From Chitinophagales bacterium (GTDB lineage: Bacteria > Bacteroidota > Bacteroidia > Chitinophagales > BACL12): a stretch of DNA of 64,000 bases. Where the stretch lies: assembly GCA_044227505.1 (NCBI GenBank), contig JBGAWP010000001.1, positions 26,731 to 90,730 on the forward strand, given 5' to 3'. The position numbers and the translations under genes were made by a program. Below the pieces are notes generated by a model. The model searched no databases. It worked only from the letters and a program-made list of their open reading frames with translations, and had not been told where the DNA came from. Positions 34,548-44,143 of the stretch are shown piece by piece. Position 1 is the stretch's first letter; each line of letters begins with the position of its first letter.

Positions 34548-37277
34548 ATGGACAAGTTTTCATACATAGCAAACGCGGAACCTCAATATATAGAGAGTTT
34601 ATATCAGAATTATAAATCCGACCCGGCAAAAATTGATGGGGAATGGAAAAAGTTTTTCGAAGGATTTGACTTCGCGCAACAAAATTTTTCTTCTAACGGA
34701 CATTACGAAAATATCAGCTCATCAAATTTGGCGGCGGAATTAAAGGTGTACAATGCAATTTTGGCCTACCGCGAAAAGGGTCATTTGATCTCCAAAACAA
34801 ATCCCCTGAAACCGCGCAAAGACAGAAATGCACAGTTGAAATTGGAGCAATTGGGATTTAGGGAAAATGATCTGACCAAAAAATTTGGCGCAGGTGTGGC
34901 AGTGGGTATGGAAAATGCCACTTTGCAGGAAATTTTAGCGCATCTCGAAAATTGTTATTGCAGAAGTATCGGTTTTGAATACGACTATATTATCGATCCC
35001 ATTGAAAAAAAATGGTTTCAGGATAAAATAGAAATTAACGGAAAAAATATCACTTTTTCTGTTGATCAAAAAAAACGAATTCTAAAAAAATTAAATGATA
35101 CTGTTGTTTTTGAACAGTTTCTCGATAAAAAATATGTAGGTCAAAAAAGGTTTTCATTGGAGGGGGGAGAAACAACGATCCCGGCATTAGATGCAATTAT
35201 TACAAAGGGTGCGGCAATGGGAGTGGAGGAATTCGTTTTCGGAATGGCTCACCGTGGGAGATTAAATGTACTGGCAAACATACTTGGAAAAACATACGAA
35301 CAAATATTTAATGAATTTGAAGGAACAGCAATTCCGGACACTACGATGGGTGATGGCGATGTGAAATATCATCTTGGTTATTCATCGCAGGTGGAAACAA
35401 ATTCAGGAAAAGAAGTACATTTAAAATTAACACCAAATCCATCTCATTTGGAAGCAGTTAATCCCGTAATGCAGGGATTTGTAAGAGCTAAAACAGATGT
35501 TTTATACAATGAGGATTGGGATAAAATAATGCCTATAACTATTCACGGTGATGCTGCCATTGCGGGACAAGGAGTTGTTTACGAAGTATTACAAATGAGC
35601 AATCTGAAAGGTTACAGAGTTGGTGGAACTTTACACTTTGTAATTAATAATCAGATAGGATTTACAACTGATTTTGATGATGCTCGCACTAGTAATTATT
35701 GCACGAGTTATGCTGCAACAATTCAGGCTCCGGTAATTCATGTAAATGGTGATGATGCGGAAGCTGTAGTATTTGCCTGTGAATTAGCAGTGGAGTATCG
35801 CCAGGAATTTAATAAGGATATTTTTATTGATATGTTGTGTTACAGAAAACACGGACATAATGAAGGGGATGACCCGAAATACACACAACCTGCTCTATAT
35901 AAATTGATTGAAAATAAATTAAATCCACGAGAAATTTATGTGCAGAAATTATTGGCGAGTCACGATATTGATAAACAACTCGCAACAGAAATGGAAAAAG
36001 ATTTCTGGAATGAATTACAAAGCAGATTAGATCTCACCAAACAAAAACCACTTAAATATCAATATCAGGCTCCGGAAGAGGCGTGGAGAAAATTGAAAAA
36101 GATAATTGATATCGCAGTAGACTTTAGTAATACGCCGGAAACAAAAGTAGACAAAGAAAAAATTAAACAGGTTACGGATAATATGTTTAAAGTACCTGAA
36201 GGTTTTGTGAAGTTGAAAAAAATTGAAAAGTTATTCGAAACAAATAAAAAACTTTTAGCCGAAAATAAAATTGACTGGGCCCTAGCTGAATTAATTGCTT
36301 ACGGAACTATTTTATTGGATGGACAAGATGTTCGCATGAGCGGACAAGATGTAAGAAGAGGTACTTTTAGTCACCGTCATGCAGTATTGCGTGAAGAAAA
36401 TACAAATGAGGAATATATTCGTTTAAATCACCTCGCTGAAAAACAAGGTAAATTCAGAATTTATAATTCTTTATTGAGCGAATTTGGAGTGTTGGGATTT
36501 GAATTTGGTTACAGTCTTGCCTGCCCCGACCCATTGGTAATATGGGAAGCGCAATTCGGTGATTTTAATAATGGAGCGCAAACAATTATTGATCAGTTTA
36601 TATCAGCAAGTGTGAGCAAGTGGCAGCGTATGAGCGGACTGGTTATGTTGTTGCCTCATGGATATGAGGGGCAGGGCCCGGAACATTCCAGTGCTCGTTT
36701 AGAGCGATTTTTACAATTATGTGCCGAAGGAAATTTAATTGTTGCGAATATTACTACCCCAGCAAATTTTTTCCACATATTAAGACGACAACTTGCCTTT
36801 GATTTTCGCAGGCCTCTGATCATCATGAGTCCGAAAAGTTTGTTGCGTCACCCTTTGGTGCAATCTCCATTAACTGAATTATCTGAAGGTAAATTTGAAC
36901 CGCTGATAGGAGATGAGTATGCTGATAAGAAAAAAGTAAAACGCGTTATTTTATGCAGTGGAAAAATTTATTACGATCTGTATGAATATCAACAAAAAAA
37001 TGAAAGAAAGGACATCGCAATTTTACGGGTGGAACAATTATATCCTTTTCCGATGACCAGATTAAAAGAAGAATTAAATAAATATCCCGAGGCAGAATTA
37101 ATGTGGACGCAGGAAGAACCGAGAAATATGGGAGCATGGTTTTATATCTGGAATTTAATGGGCACTATGATCAAACAAAAGGTGAGCAGAAAATCAAGTG
37201 CATCACCGGCAACAGGTTTTGCGAAGATTCATGCTCAGGAGCAAGCGGATATTGTGGAGCAGAGTTTTAAGTTGTGA
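34548..37277 (+). CDS. sucA: 2-oxoglutarate dehydrogenase E1 component
   Basis: It has 909 aa. The N-terminus is SYIANAEPQYIESLYQNYKSDP. The ThDP-enzyme core includes GMAHRGRLNVLANILGK and HGDAAIAGQGVVYE. The C-terminal part includes WEAQFGDFNNGAQ. Confidence 0.95.
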   Translation: MDKFSYIANAEPQYIESLYQNYKSDPAKIDGEWKKFFEGFDFAQQNFSSNGHYENISSSNLAAELKVYNAILAYREKGHLISKTNPLKPRKDRNAQLKLEQLGFRENDLTKKFGAGVAVGMENATLQEILAHLENCYCRSIGFEYDYIIDPIEKKWFQDKIEINGKNITFSVDQKKRILKKLNDTVVFEQFLDKKYVGQKRFSLEGGETTIPALDAIITKGAAMGVEEFVFGMAHRGRLNVLANILGKTYEQIFNEFEGTAIPDTTMGDGDVKYHLGYSSQVETNSGKEVHLKLTPNPSHLEAVNPVMQGFVRAKTDVLYNEDWDKIMPITIHGDAAIAGQGVVYEVLQMSNLKGYRVGGTLHFVINNQIGFTTDFDDARTSNYCTSYAATIQAPVIHVNGDDAEAVVFACELAVEYRQEFNKDIFIDMLCYRKHGHNEGDDPKYTQPALYKLIENKLNPREIYVQKLLASHDIDKQLATEMEKDFWNELQSRLDLTKQKPLKYQYQAPEEAWRKLKKIIDIAVDFSNTPETKVDKEKIKQVTDNMFKVPEGFVKLKKIEKLFETNKKLLAENKIDWALAELIAYGTILLDGQDVRMSGQDVRRGTFSHRHAVLREENTNEEYIRLNHLAEKQGKFRIYNSLLSEFGVLGFEFGYSLACPDPLVIWEAQFGDFNNGAQTIIDQFISASVSKWQRMSGLVMLLPHGYEGQGPEHSSARLERFLQLCAEGNLIVANITTPANFFHILRRQLAFDFRRPLIIMSPKSLLRHPLVQSPLTELSEGKFEPLIGDEYADKKKVKRVILCSGKIYYDLYEYQQKNERKDIAILRVEQLYPFPMTRLKEELNKYPEAELMWTQEEPRNMGAWFYIWNLMGTMIKQKVSRKSSASPATGFAKIHAQEQADIVEQSFKL

Positions 37278-37287
37278 GGGAGGAGTG

Positions 37288-37418
37288 GCAGTCGCAGTCG
37301 CAGTCGCAGTCGCAGTCGCAGTCGCAGTCGCAGTCGCAGTCGCAGTCGCAGTCGCAGTCGCAGTCGCAGTCGCAGTCGCAGTCGCAGTCGCAGTCGCAGT
37401 CGCAGTCGCAGTCGCAGT
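37288..37418. repeat. Perfect hexanucleotide microsatellite (GCAGTC)21 plus a partial unit
   Basis: I counted it directly: 126 bp of uninterrupted GCAGTC at 37288-37413, then GCAGT. It starts 11 nt after the sucA stop and ends 64 nt before the sucB start. Confidence 0.98.
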
Positions 37419-37481
37419 TTTAAATTTAAAGAATTATTTTAGTTCCGATAAATTGAATTAATATTAAAAATATAATTTATA

Positions 37482-38750
37482 ATGATAATTGAATTAAAAG
37501 TGCCGACAATTGGCGAATCTATAAATGAGGTTACACTTTCGAAGTGGCTTGTAAGTGATGGAGATATTGTTACTATTGATCAATCGCTATGTGAATTTGA
37601 AAGTGATAAGGCAACCTTGGAATTTCCGGCAGAGAAAGCAGGAAAAATTACTTTGCTTGTTAAAGAAGAAACAGAATTAAAAATAGGTGATGTAATTGCT
37701 ACCTTGGATACAGATGCTGTGCCCGCAGCAACAGCTGAAACAAAAAAGGAAGAAAAAGTTATAAAAGAAGAAGTGGTAGAAAAGAAAGAGGTAAAGGAAG
37801 GAAAGATTGTTGAAACAGTAAAAGAAGAAAAGAAAATTGCAGCAGAGGAACACGCCCCAGTTATTTCTCCATTAGCATCCACAATTGCAAAGGAAAATAA
37901 AGTGGATATTCAAAAATTATCAGGTACCGGAAGTGGCGGAAGAATTACGAAGGAAGATGTATTAAATTACATTAAAAGTGGAACTGATGGGAAGGAAATT
38001 GTAAAAGGTTTGCGAAAAAATTTACGCACACAGCATGAAGAAAAAGTATCCAAACTCCGCAAAACAATTGCAAAAAGATTGGTAGGAGTTAAAAATGAAA
38101 CCGCCATGCTCACCACCTTTAATGAAGTGGATATGAGCGCAATTATGGCAATTCGCGATAAACACAAAGTGAATTTTGAAAAGAAATTCGGAGTTGGATT
38201 GGGATTTATGTCGTTTTTTGTAAAAGCATGTTGTAATGCATTACAGGAATTTCCTAGTGTAAATGCATATTTTAATGAGGATACCATACTATTTAATGAC
38301 TATTGTGACATATCCATTGCAGTATCTACTCCAAAAGGTCTTGTAGTACCCGTAGTGCGCAATGCCGAAAGTATGAGTATGGCCGACGTAGAATTAACAA
38401 TTAAATCATTAGCAGTTAAAGGGCGTGACGGAACTTTGAGCTTGGAAGAAATGCAAGGCGGTACCTTTACTATAACCAATGGAGGAGTATTCGGATCATT
38501 AATGAGCACACCAATCATCAACGCACCACAAAGTGCGATTTTGGGCATGCATAAAATTCAGGAAAGGCCTATTGCTTTAAACGGACAAGTTATAATAAGA
38601 CCAATGATGTATCTTGCATTGAGTTATGATCACAGAATTATCGATGGAAAAGAATCGGTGAGTTTTTTGGTGAGGGTGAAGGAACAATTAGAAAAGCCGG
38701 AGAATTTATTGTTTGGTTTTGATAATATTGAATTGTTGCTGGAGTTATAA
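37482..38750 (+). CDS. sucB: Dihydrolipoyllysine-residue succinyltransferase (2-oxoglutarate dehydrogenase E2)
   Basis: The lipoyl domain is [18 protein letters not shown]. An E/K/A-rich linker and an E3-binding segment follow. The catalytic motif is [11 protein letters not shown]. Confidence 0.95.
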   Translation: MIIELKVPTIGESINEVTLSKWLVSDGDIVTIDQSLCEFESDKATLEFPAEKAGKITLLVKEETELKIGDVIATLDTDAVPAATAETKKEEKVIKEEVVEKKEVKEGKIVETVKEEKKIAAEEHAPVISPLASTIAKENKVDIQKLSGTGSGGRITKEDVLNYIKSGTDGKEIVKGLRKNLRTQHEEKVSKLRKTIAKRLVGVKNETAMLTTFNEVDMSAIMAIRDKHKVNFEKKFGVGLGFMSFFVKACCNALQEFPSVNAYFNEDTILFNDYCDISIAVSTPKGLVVPVVRNAESMSMADVELTIKSLAVKGRDGTLSLEEMQGGTFTITNGGVFGSLMSTPIINAPQSAILGMHKIQERPIALNGQVIIRPMMYLALSYDHRIIDGKESVSFLVRVKEQLEKPENLLFGFDNIELLLEL

Positions 38751-38796
38751 ATACATTATCTAAAAGTATCTTAGTATTACATATAAATTATTGTTC

Positions 38797-39831
38797 ATGA
38801 AATTTTATATCCTGTTATTATTGCCTGTACTAACAAGCTTACAATGTGCATCACAAAACCAGAATGAGAAGGCAATGAGTTATGGAGTTATGTTTTATAA
38901 TCTCGAAAATTTATATGATACAATAAATGACCCCAAGGTTGATGATGAAACTTTTCTTCCTGGTGCTGATAGAAAATGGGATGATGAGAAATACAAAAAG
39001 AAACTTAAACAACTTTCCAAAGTAATAGCAACCGGTGCTGATGAAATACCTGTTTTAGTGGGGTTGTGCGAAGTTGAAAATGTAATGGTGGTAAATGATC
39101 TTGCTGCCACACTTAATTTATCGGCTGCGAATTATTCTGTGGTACATTTTGATTCGCCTGATGAAAGAGGGATTGATGTTGCGCTTTTATATAACAAGAA
39201 CGTATTTACTCCAAAAATTAAAAAACCCATTCATGTAACTATTCCCGGTGATTCTGTGGACTATACAAGAGATATTTTATATGTTGCAGGAACCATAAAT
39301 ATAAATGGTAAAAAAGAAGATCTCCATATTTTTGTGAATCATTGGCCCAGCCGCTCAGAAGGTGAGGAAGTTTCAGCACCAAAACGAGCAGCCGCTGCTC
39401 AAACATTAAAACATTTTGTCGATTCTTTGAATAATAAATTTTCCGATCCTAATATTATTATCATGGGTGATTTTAATGATACTCCTTTTGATATCAGTAT
39501 TCAGAAAATATTAATGGCTCTAGAGACAAATAATACTTATCCTGATGAGTGCCTTGTTAATACTATGAGTTCTAAACAAAAAGCCGGAGAAGGAACCTAT
39601 AATTTTAAAGGGAATTGGCAAGTACTTGATCAAATAATAGTATCTGAAAGTTTATTGGATAAAACATCCGTTGATGCAGACCTAAATAGCGCCAAGATCG
39701 TCAAGCAGGACTGGATGTTATTTCACCACGATAAATACGGAGATTCGCCCGACAGAACTTATAGCGGAATTAAATATATTGGAGGATATTCTGATCACCT
39801 ACCTGTATATATCGAATTAATTACCTATTAA
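38797..39831 (+). CDS. Secreted endonuclease/exonuclease/phosphatase (EEP) family protein
   Basis: It has a signal peptide. Motifs are NLENLYD, GLCEVEN, MGDFNDTP and SDHLPVY. I prefer the ATG at 38797 over the TTG at 38791. Confidence 0.8.
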   Translation: MKFYILLLLPVLTSLQCASQNQNEKAMSYGVMFYNLENLYDTINDPKVDDETFLPGADRKWDDEKYKKKLKQLSKVIATGADEIPVLVGLCEVENVMVVNDLAATLNLSAANYSVVHFDSPDERGIDVALLYNKNVFTPKIKKPIHVTIPGDSVDYTRDILYVAGTININGKKEDLHIFVNHWPSRSEGEEVSAPKRAAAAQTLKHFVDSLNNKFSDPNIIIMGDFNDTPFDISIQKILMALETNNTYPDECLVNTMSSKQKAGEGTYNFKGNWQVLDQIIVSESLLDKTSVDADLNSAKIVKQDWMLFHHDKYGDSPDRTYSGIKYIGGYSDHLPVYIELITY

Positions 39832-40663
39832 AACAAAGTACATAACCACCACCGCCGGCGCCACATAATTTATATATCTCTTTACCGGATTGTAATCCTG
39901 CATGCCATTGGTGTTGCACTGATTCAGGAATTGCAAAAGCAAAATGTTGGAGTTGGAATGCAGAGAGTGCTTCGAGGTCTAAATAAAATCCTTCTTTATC
40001 GTTTTTTATTAATTTCTCGATCACTGAAGCAACCAAGGTCAAATATTCTTCATTTATCAACTTGCTGAAATCTTCTTTTTCCATTTTATTGATAAATAAT
40101 TCAATTTTGGTTGATGCTTTTCTTTCTAAACCAGTATTGAATAAACCAATGTTTAAATCTTTTAATAAATGAATTTCCTCAGTAACAGCCCGTGGCTCTC
40201 CACCGTGTAAAAGATGAACCGGTTTATTTAATAAGATCACTAATGGATCGAGTCCGGAACTGGTTTCATGGAAATAATTTTCCATTTCAGCGAGTACTTT
40301 TTTTAAAGTTTTTAGATCGGAAGCATGTTCGGTTTTAATTGTCTGGTTGGAATATTTATCAAACACAGCCGCAACTACAGAACCGGAACTTCCTAATCCC
40401 ATTCCTATAGGTATATCCGATCTTAAAAAATAATTATTTTGCAGATCCTCAATAAATTTTTCGAGGTCGAGAATTGTATTAAATTTTTCAGATGATTTCA
40501 GGAATTTATAGAATGGTCGCAGATCATGTATAATATCAATTGGAGAATTAGCCTGCTGCCATTCAGAACTATATTTCGGATAGGGAATTGCAAATCCTTC
40601 ACCACCTACCAACACGGCATATTCGCCGAACAATAATAATTTGGAAGGATAGGAAAGGTACAT
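39821..40663 (-). CDS. Short GHMP-family kinase, mevalonate kinase-like
   Basis: Motifs are KLLLFGEYAVLVGGEGFAIP, the GHMP motif PIGMGLGSSGSVVAA, and C-terminal CGAGGGGYVL. It sits in a mevalonate-pathway cluster. Its 3' end overlaps the convergent EEP gene by 11 nt. Confidence 0.6.
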   Translation of the reverse strand: MYLSYPSKLLLFGEYAVLVGGEGFAIPYPKYSSEWQQANSPIDIIHDLRPFYKFLKSSEKFNTILDLEKFIEDLQNNYFLRSDIPIGMGLGSSGSVVAAVFDKYSNQTIKTEHASDLKTLKKVLAEMENYFHETSSGLDPLVILLNKPVHLLHGGEPRAVTEEIHLLKDLNIGLFNTGLERKASTKIELFINKMEKEDFSKLINEEYLTLVASVIEKLIKNDKEGFYLDLEALSAFQLQHFAFAIPESVQHQWHAGLQSGKEIYKLCGAGGGGYVLCFNR

Positions 40664-40697
40664 TTACAATTTGTTAATTTGTTAATTTAATAATTAG
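40664..40697. repeat. AT-rich octamer array abutting the start codon
   Basis: AATTTGTT AATTTGTT AATTTAAT AATTAGAA lie directly upstream of the ATG at 40663 on the minus strand. The same words occur at 14469-14508. Confidence 0.85.
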
Positions 40698-40707
40698 AAC
40701 TACATGA

Positions 40708-41748
40708 CTAATCTTCAATTATTTGTGAAGGACCTTTTCCCATATGATCGTAGATCGCTTTCTTTTTTACACAAAATTGTAATAATTCACTTTGAATAAA
40801 ATTACGCACTTTCGTTTTTTCAGAATAGGGATATAAAACATGCACGTTTGGTCCGGCATCCAAAGTAAAACAAACAGGAATTTTTGTAGATGCTCTGAAA
40901 TTCCGTATACGTTCAATTACTTCTAATGTGTTTGGTTTCATTAAAATAAACGAATGTGTACTGGTCATCATTAAAGCATGTAATTCCAAGGCCTCTGTTT
41001 CCACAATTTGGCAAAATAGTCCCCAATCACCACTCTCTAATGCATTTAATAAAAGATTAAATCTTGTATTGGCATTAATATAACGTTGTTTTGCCATAGG
41101 GTGATCATTCATTAAGGAGTGACCTGCCCTGCTGCTTACCGATTTTTCATCTGCATTGATAATTAAAATAGTATCCTCCAGATCAATAAAATCGGCATGA
41201 TAATTAATTGGAAAGGGAATTGCATATTTATCTGAACTTCCATTTATCGATTTTGTTTTTCCCCAAACTGAAAACTCAGGATAAATACTACGCGACGCAC
41301 TACCACTTCCAAGCCGTGCAAAATTTGATGCCTGTTGTAAAAACGTATCGTAATTATACATTTTTTTTTCGGTGATCGCCTTCAGCGACATTAAACATAA
41401 GGCCATTGCACTCATAGAGGATGCACTGCTTGCTATTCCTGCAGAATGAGGAAAAGAGTTTTCCGATTCCACCATTAAACGTTTTTCGCTTAAAAAGGAA
41501 AAATCATTCTGAATATTCGCTAAATAATATAAAATTTTAGTAGAAAAAACAGGTTTTTTTTTCCCTTCAAAAGTGAAGTCAAGGTCAATAGGTTTTTTGC
41601 TTCTCTTTTTTTTAAGTGTTATTGAAGTTGTTGTATATGCTTCACTTAGTGTAAGTGATAAGGAGGGGTTATTGGGTAATTGTTCGCCATGTTTCCCCCA
41701 ATATTTAATAAGTGCAATGTTTGATGGGCTTTTCCAGGTAATTTTCAT
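40708..41748 (-). CDS. mvaD: Diphosphomevalonate decarboxylase
   Basis: Motifs are NIALIKYWGK, AGIASSASSMSA and LGSGSASRS. It has 346 aa. Confidence 0.85.
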   Translation of the reverse strand: MKITWKSPSNIALIKYWGKHGEQLPNNPSLSLTLSEAYTTTSITLKKKRSKKPIDLDFTFEGKKKPVFSTKILYYLANIQNDFSFLSEKRLMVESENSFPHSAGIASSASSMSAMALCLMSLKAITEKKMYNYDTFLQQASNFARLGSGSASRSIYPEFSVWGKTKSINGSSDKYAIPFPINYHADFIDLEDTILIINADEKSVSSRAGHSLMNDHPMAKQRYINANTRFNLLLNALESGDWGLFCQIVETEALELHALMMTSTHSFILMKPNTLEVIERIRNFRASTKIPVCFTLDAGPNVHVLYPYSEKTKVRNFIQSELLQFCVKKKAIYDHMGKGPSQIIED

Positions 41749-41789
41749 ACATACAAATTTAAATGCTAAACGTCAATCATTTTCCGGGA

Positions 41790-42728
41790 TCACAAAACCA
41801 TTTCATGATAGGGAATGATGGTATTATACTGTTTATTGGAAAAATAATCTCTCACCTCCACTTCCTCCATGCTGCTCGCTGCCAAAACAAAATCTCCACC
41901 CCATGCTCCTAATGATTTTACACTGCCTTTAAAATCAGGAAACAATTTTGTTTTTACCATTTCTTCCTGTAAAACAAATTGCATCATTTCCTCGTGTTCA
42001 TCCAATAATTGTTTGAAATCATGAAAGTCGTCGCAGAATAAAAGGGCTTCACTAATTTCTGATATCACCTCTATCTCCTCAATAAATTTAGAAGTGTTAT
42101 TGTTGAAGTTTATCACCTCTGTTTTAGAATCCTGTTTTTTGTTGAGATGCACAAAAAATATTTTTTCAGGACTTGGCGGCATAAAATGAACGGTATCAAA
42201 TACAGGTCCTTCCTCATCAATTTTAAACAGGACCGGTTTTTTCGCATTAGCACAGGCAATATCATAACCACTTCCTCCAAATACGATCTTATTCAAAACA
42301 AAAGCATCAACTCCTGCAAAACGCGCTATATTATTTATTAAAGTGGAGCTGCTTCCTAAACCGGAATGGCGATCAAATTCCAAATAATTTGTAATATGTG
42401 TTGAACCTTTGGTTTTCAAGAATTCGGAATTTAGATCCCGAATTGTTTTTAGAATTTTTTGTAAAGTTTCTAAAACAGGGGCTTCAATATTTTTTAATGT
42501 TTCTTTGAACGGACTGAGATCTTTTTTATTAAATTGAACATCTATCCAAATATTATTTTGATTGTCGTAACTCTTCCAGAATAAAATATTTTCTCCGCTC
42601 TCATCCTCTTCAACATCCATGCGCTGACCCTGTTTAGTTGGGACAGCCAAGGCCAATGCACCGCGCAATACCAGGTATTCGCCGCTGATTAATAGTTTAC
42701 CATGTGAATAGAAAGTTTTTTTCACCAA
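41790..42728 (-). CDS. GYDIA-type GHMP-family kinase (candidate phosphomevalonate kinase substitute)
   Basis: Motifs are GKLLISGEYLVLRGALALAVP, the GHMP motif HSGLGSSSTL, and the eponymous GGSGYDIACA. It has a non-ATG (TTG/GTG) start. Confidence 0.65.
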   Translation of the reverse strand: MVKKTFYSHGKLLISGEYLVLRGALALAVPTKQGQRMDVEEDESGENILFWKSYDNQNNIWIDVQFNKKDLSPFKETLKNIEAPVLETLQKILKTIRDLNSEFLKTKGSTHITNYLEFDRHSGLGSSSTLINNIARFAGVDAFVLNKIVFGGSGYDIACANAKKPVLFKIDEEGPVFDTVHFMPPSPEKIFFVHLNKKQDSKTEVINFNNNTSKFIEEIEVISEISEALLFCDDFHDFKQLLDEHEEMMQFVLQEEMVKTKLFPDFKGSVKSLGAWGGDFVLAASSMEEVEVRDYFSNKQYNTIIPYHEMVL

Positions 42729-42751
42729 AATTTATTAATAGTAAGTAAAAT

Positions 42752-44101
42752 TTATAATTTTTCTGTTGAGAAGTTTTCACCTCTCAGGTCAATTAAATAA
42801 GCTCTCACCGAACTGAACGAAACTGTTTTGTCAGTAAAATAAGTAGCAGCCAATTGTATCTCATTTTCACTCGCACCAAAGTGCCGTAAAATATTTGTGA
42901 GATGCATTTTCATGTGACCTTTTTGTATGCCTGAAGTTACCAATGCTTTAATGGCTGAAAAATTTTGTGCCAAACCAACACATGCTACGATCTTCATTAA
43001 TTCTTTTGCGCTTGGATTTCCCAATATCTCCAACGAGCGTTTGCTCAGTGGATGTAATTTTGTGAGTCCACCAACTGTTCCAACAGCTAATGGTATTTCT
43101 AAGGAGAAAATAAATTTATTCCCTTTTATTTCACAGCTGGAAAGACTTGCATATTGTCCGTTGCGCGATGCATAAGCGTGACCGCATGCTTCAATTGCGC
43201 GAAAATCGTTTCCTGTTGCGAGAATAACTGCATCAATACCATTAAAAATTCCTTTGTTATGGGTAGTTGCGCGATACACATCGTGTTTCGCTATATTAAT
43301 TGCAGTATTAAATTTTCTTGCAAATTGTTGTGCAGATAAACTTGCTTCTTCAAAAGAACCCAATTCAGTTATATCACATTCCACCCAGGCCTTTACTAAA
43401 CATTCAGGAGTATAATTACTTAAAATACTCATTACAACATCCACTTCTCTTTCAGCTCCGGTAAATTTTTTATTTTCTTTAACTTCTTCTGCAAGGCTTC
43501 CGGCAAAATGTTCCAAAACAGAATTAATAAAATTAGCACCCATTGCATCGGCAGTTTCGAAGGTTGCTTTTAATTGATAATATTCCGGTTCCAGATCGGA
43601 GCAATCAATTAATTCCAAAGTTTTTAATCCACCCCCGCGTGCCTTCATATTTTCAACCAGAGGTTGAACACCGGCAATTAATTCTTCTTTTAATTCCGTA
43701 TCGAAAAAATGCAATAATTTTTCACTGTCGCCTCGCCATAAAAAATGAACGTGACCAACTTTTATTGTTGAAATTACTTCAGCATGAAAACCTCCGCGCT
43801 CACTCCAGAATTTTGCTCCGGCACTTGCTGCTGCAACAACTGAGCTTTCTTCTATCACCATCGGCACTACATAAGTACGGCCATTAATAACAAAATTTGG
43901 GGCGACACCATAAGGTAAATAAAAATTGGTAAGGGTATTTTCAGAGATACCGTCGAATACTTTTTGCAATTCGGCATTGGCATGCATATAACTTGAAAAT
44001 TCCCGCGCAATATCCAATGGATTACTGGTGAGAAAATGTTTTGCAAGCCATGCAATTTTTTCCGTTTTATTGAGTTTGGAAAACCCTTTTATTTTTGCCA
44101 C
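42752..44101 (-). CDS. mvaA: Hydroxymethylglutaryl-CoA reductase, class II type
   Basis: Motifs are IEESSVVAAASAGAKFW, ADAMGANFIN and LAVGTVGG. It has 449 aa and a GTG start. Confidence 0.85.
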   Translation of the reverse strand: MAKIKGFSKLNKTEKIAWLAKHFLTSNPLDIAREFSSYMHANAELQKVFDGISENTLTNFYLPYGVAPNFVINGRTYVVPMVIEESSVVAAASAGAKFWSERGGFHAEVISTIKVGHVHFLWRGDSEKLLHFFDTELKEELIAGVQPLVENMKARGGGLKTLELIDCSDLEPEYYQLKATFETADAMGANFINSVLEHFAGSLAEEVKENKKFTGAEREVDVVMSILSNYTPECLVKAWVECDITELGSFEEASLSAQQFARKFNTAINIAKHDVYRATTHNKGIFNGIDAVILATGNDFRAIEACGHAYASRNGQYASLSSCEIKGNKFIFSLEIPLAVGTVGGLTKLHPLSKRSLEILGNPSAKELMKIVACVGLAQNFSAIKALVTSGIQKGHMKMHLTNILRHFGASENEIQLAATYFTDKTVSFSSVRAYLIDLRGENFSTEKL

Positions 44102-44143
44102 TCCTAAATTTATTATTCAAATACAATTAATTAAAAGCAAATG

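Noticed and set aside
37198-37461. An 87-aa ORF that translates the hexamer repeat as a long (AV)n tract
   Set aside because: It starts inside the 3' end of sucA in another frame. It consists almost entirely of the translated GCAGTC microsatellite and has no plausible start context. I treat it as an artefact of the repeat.
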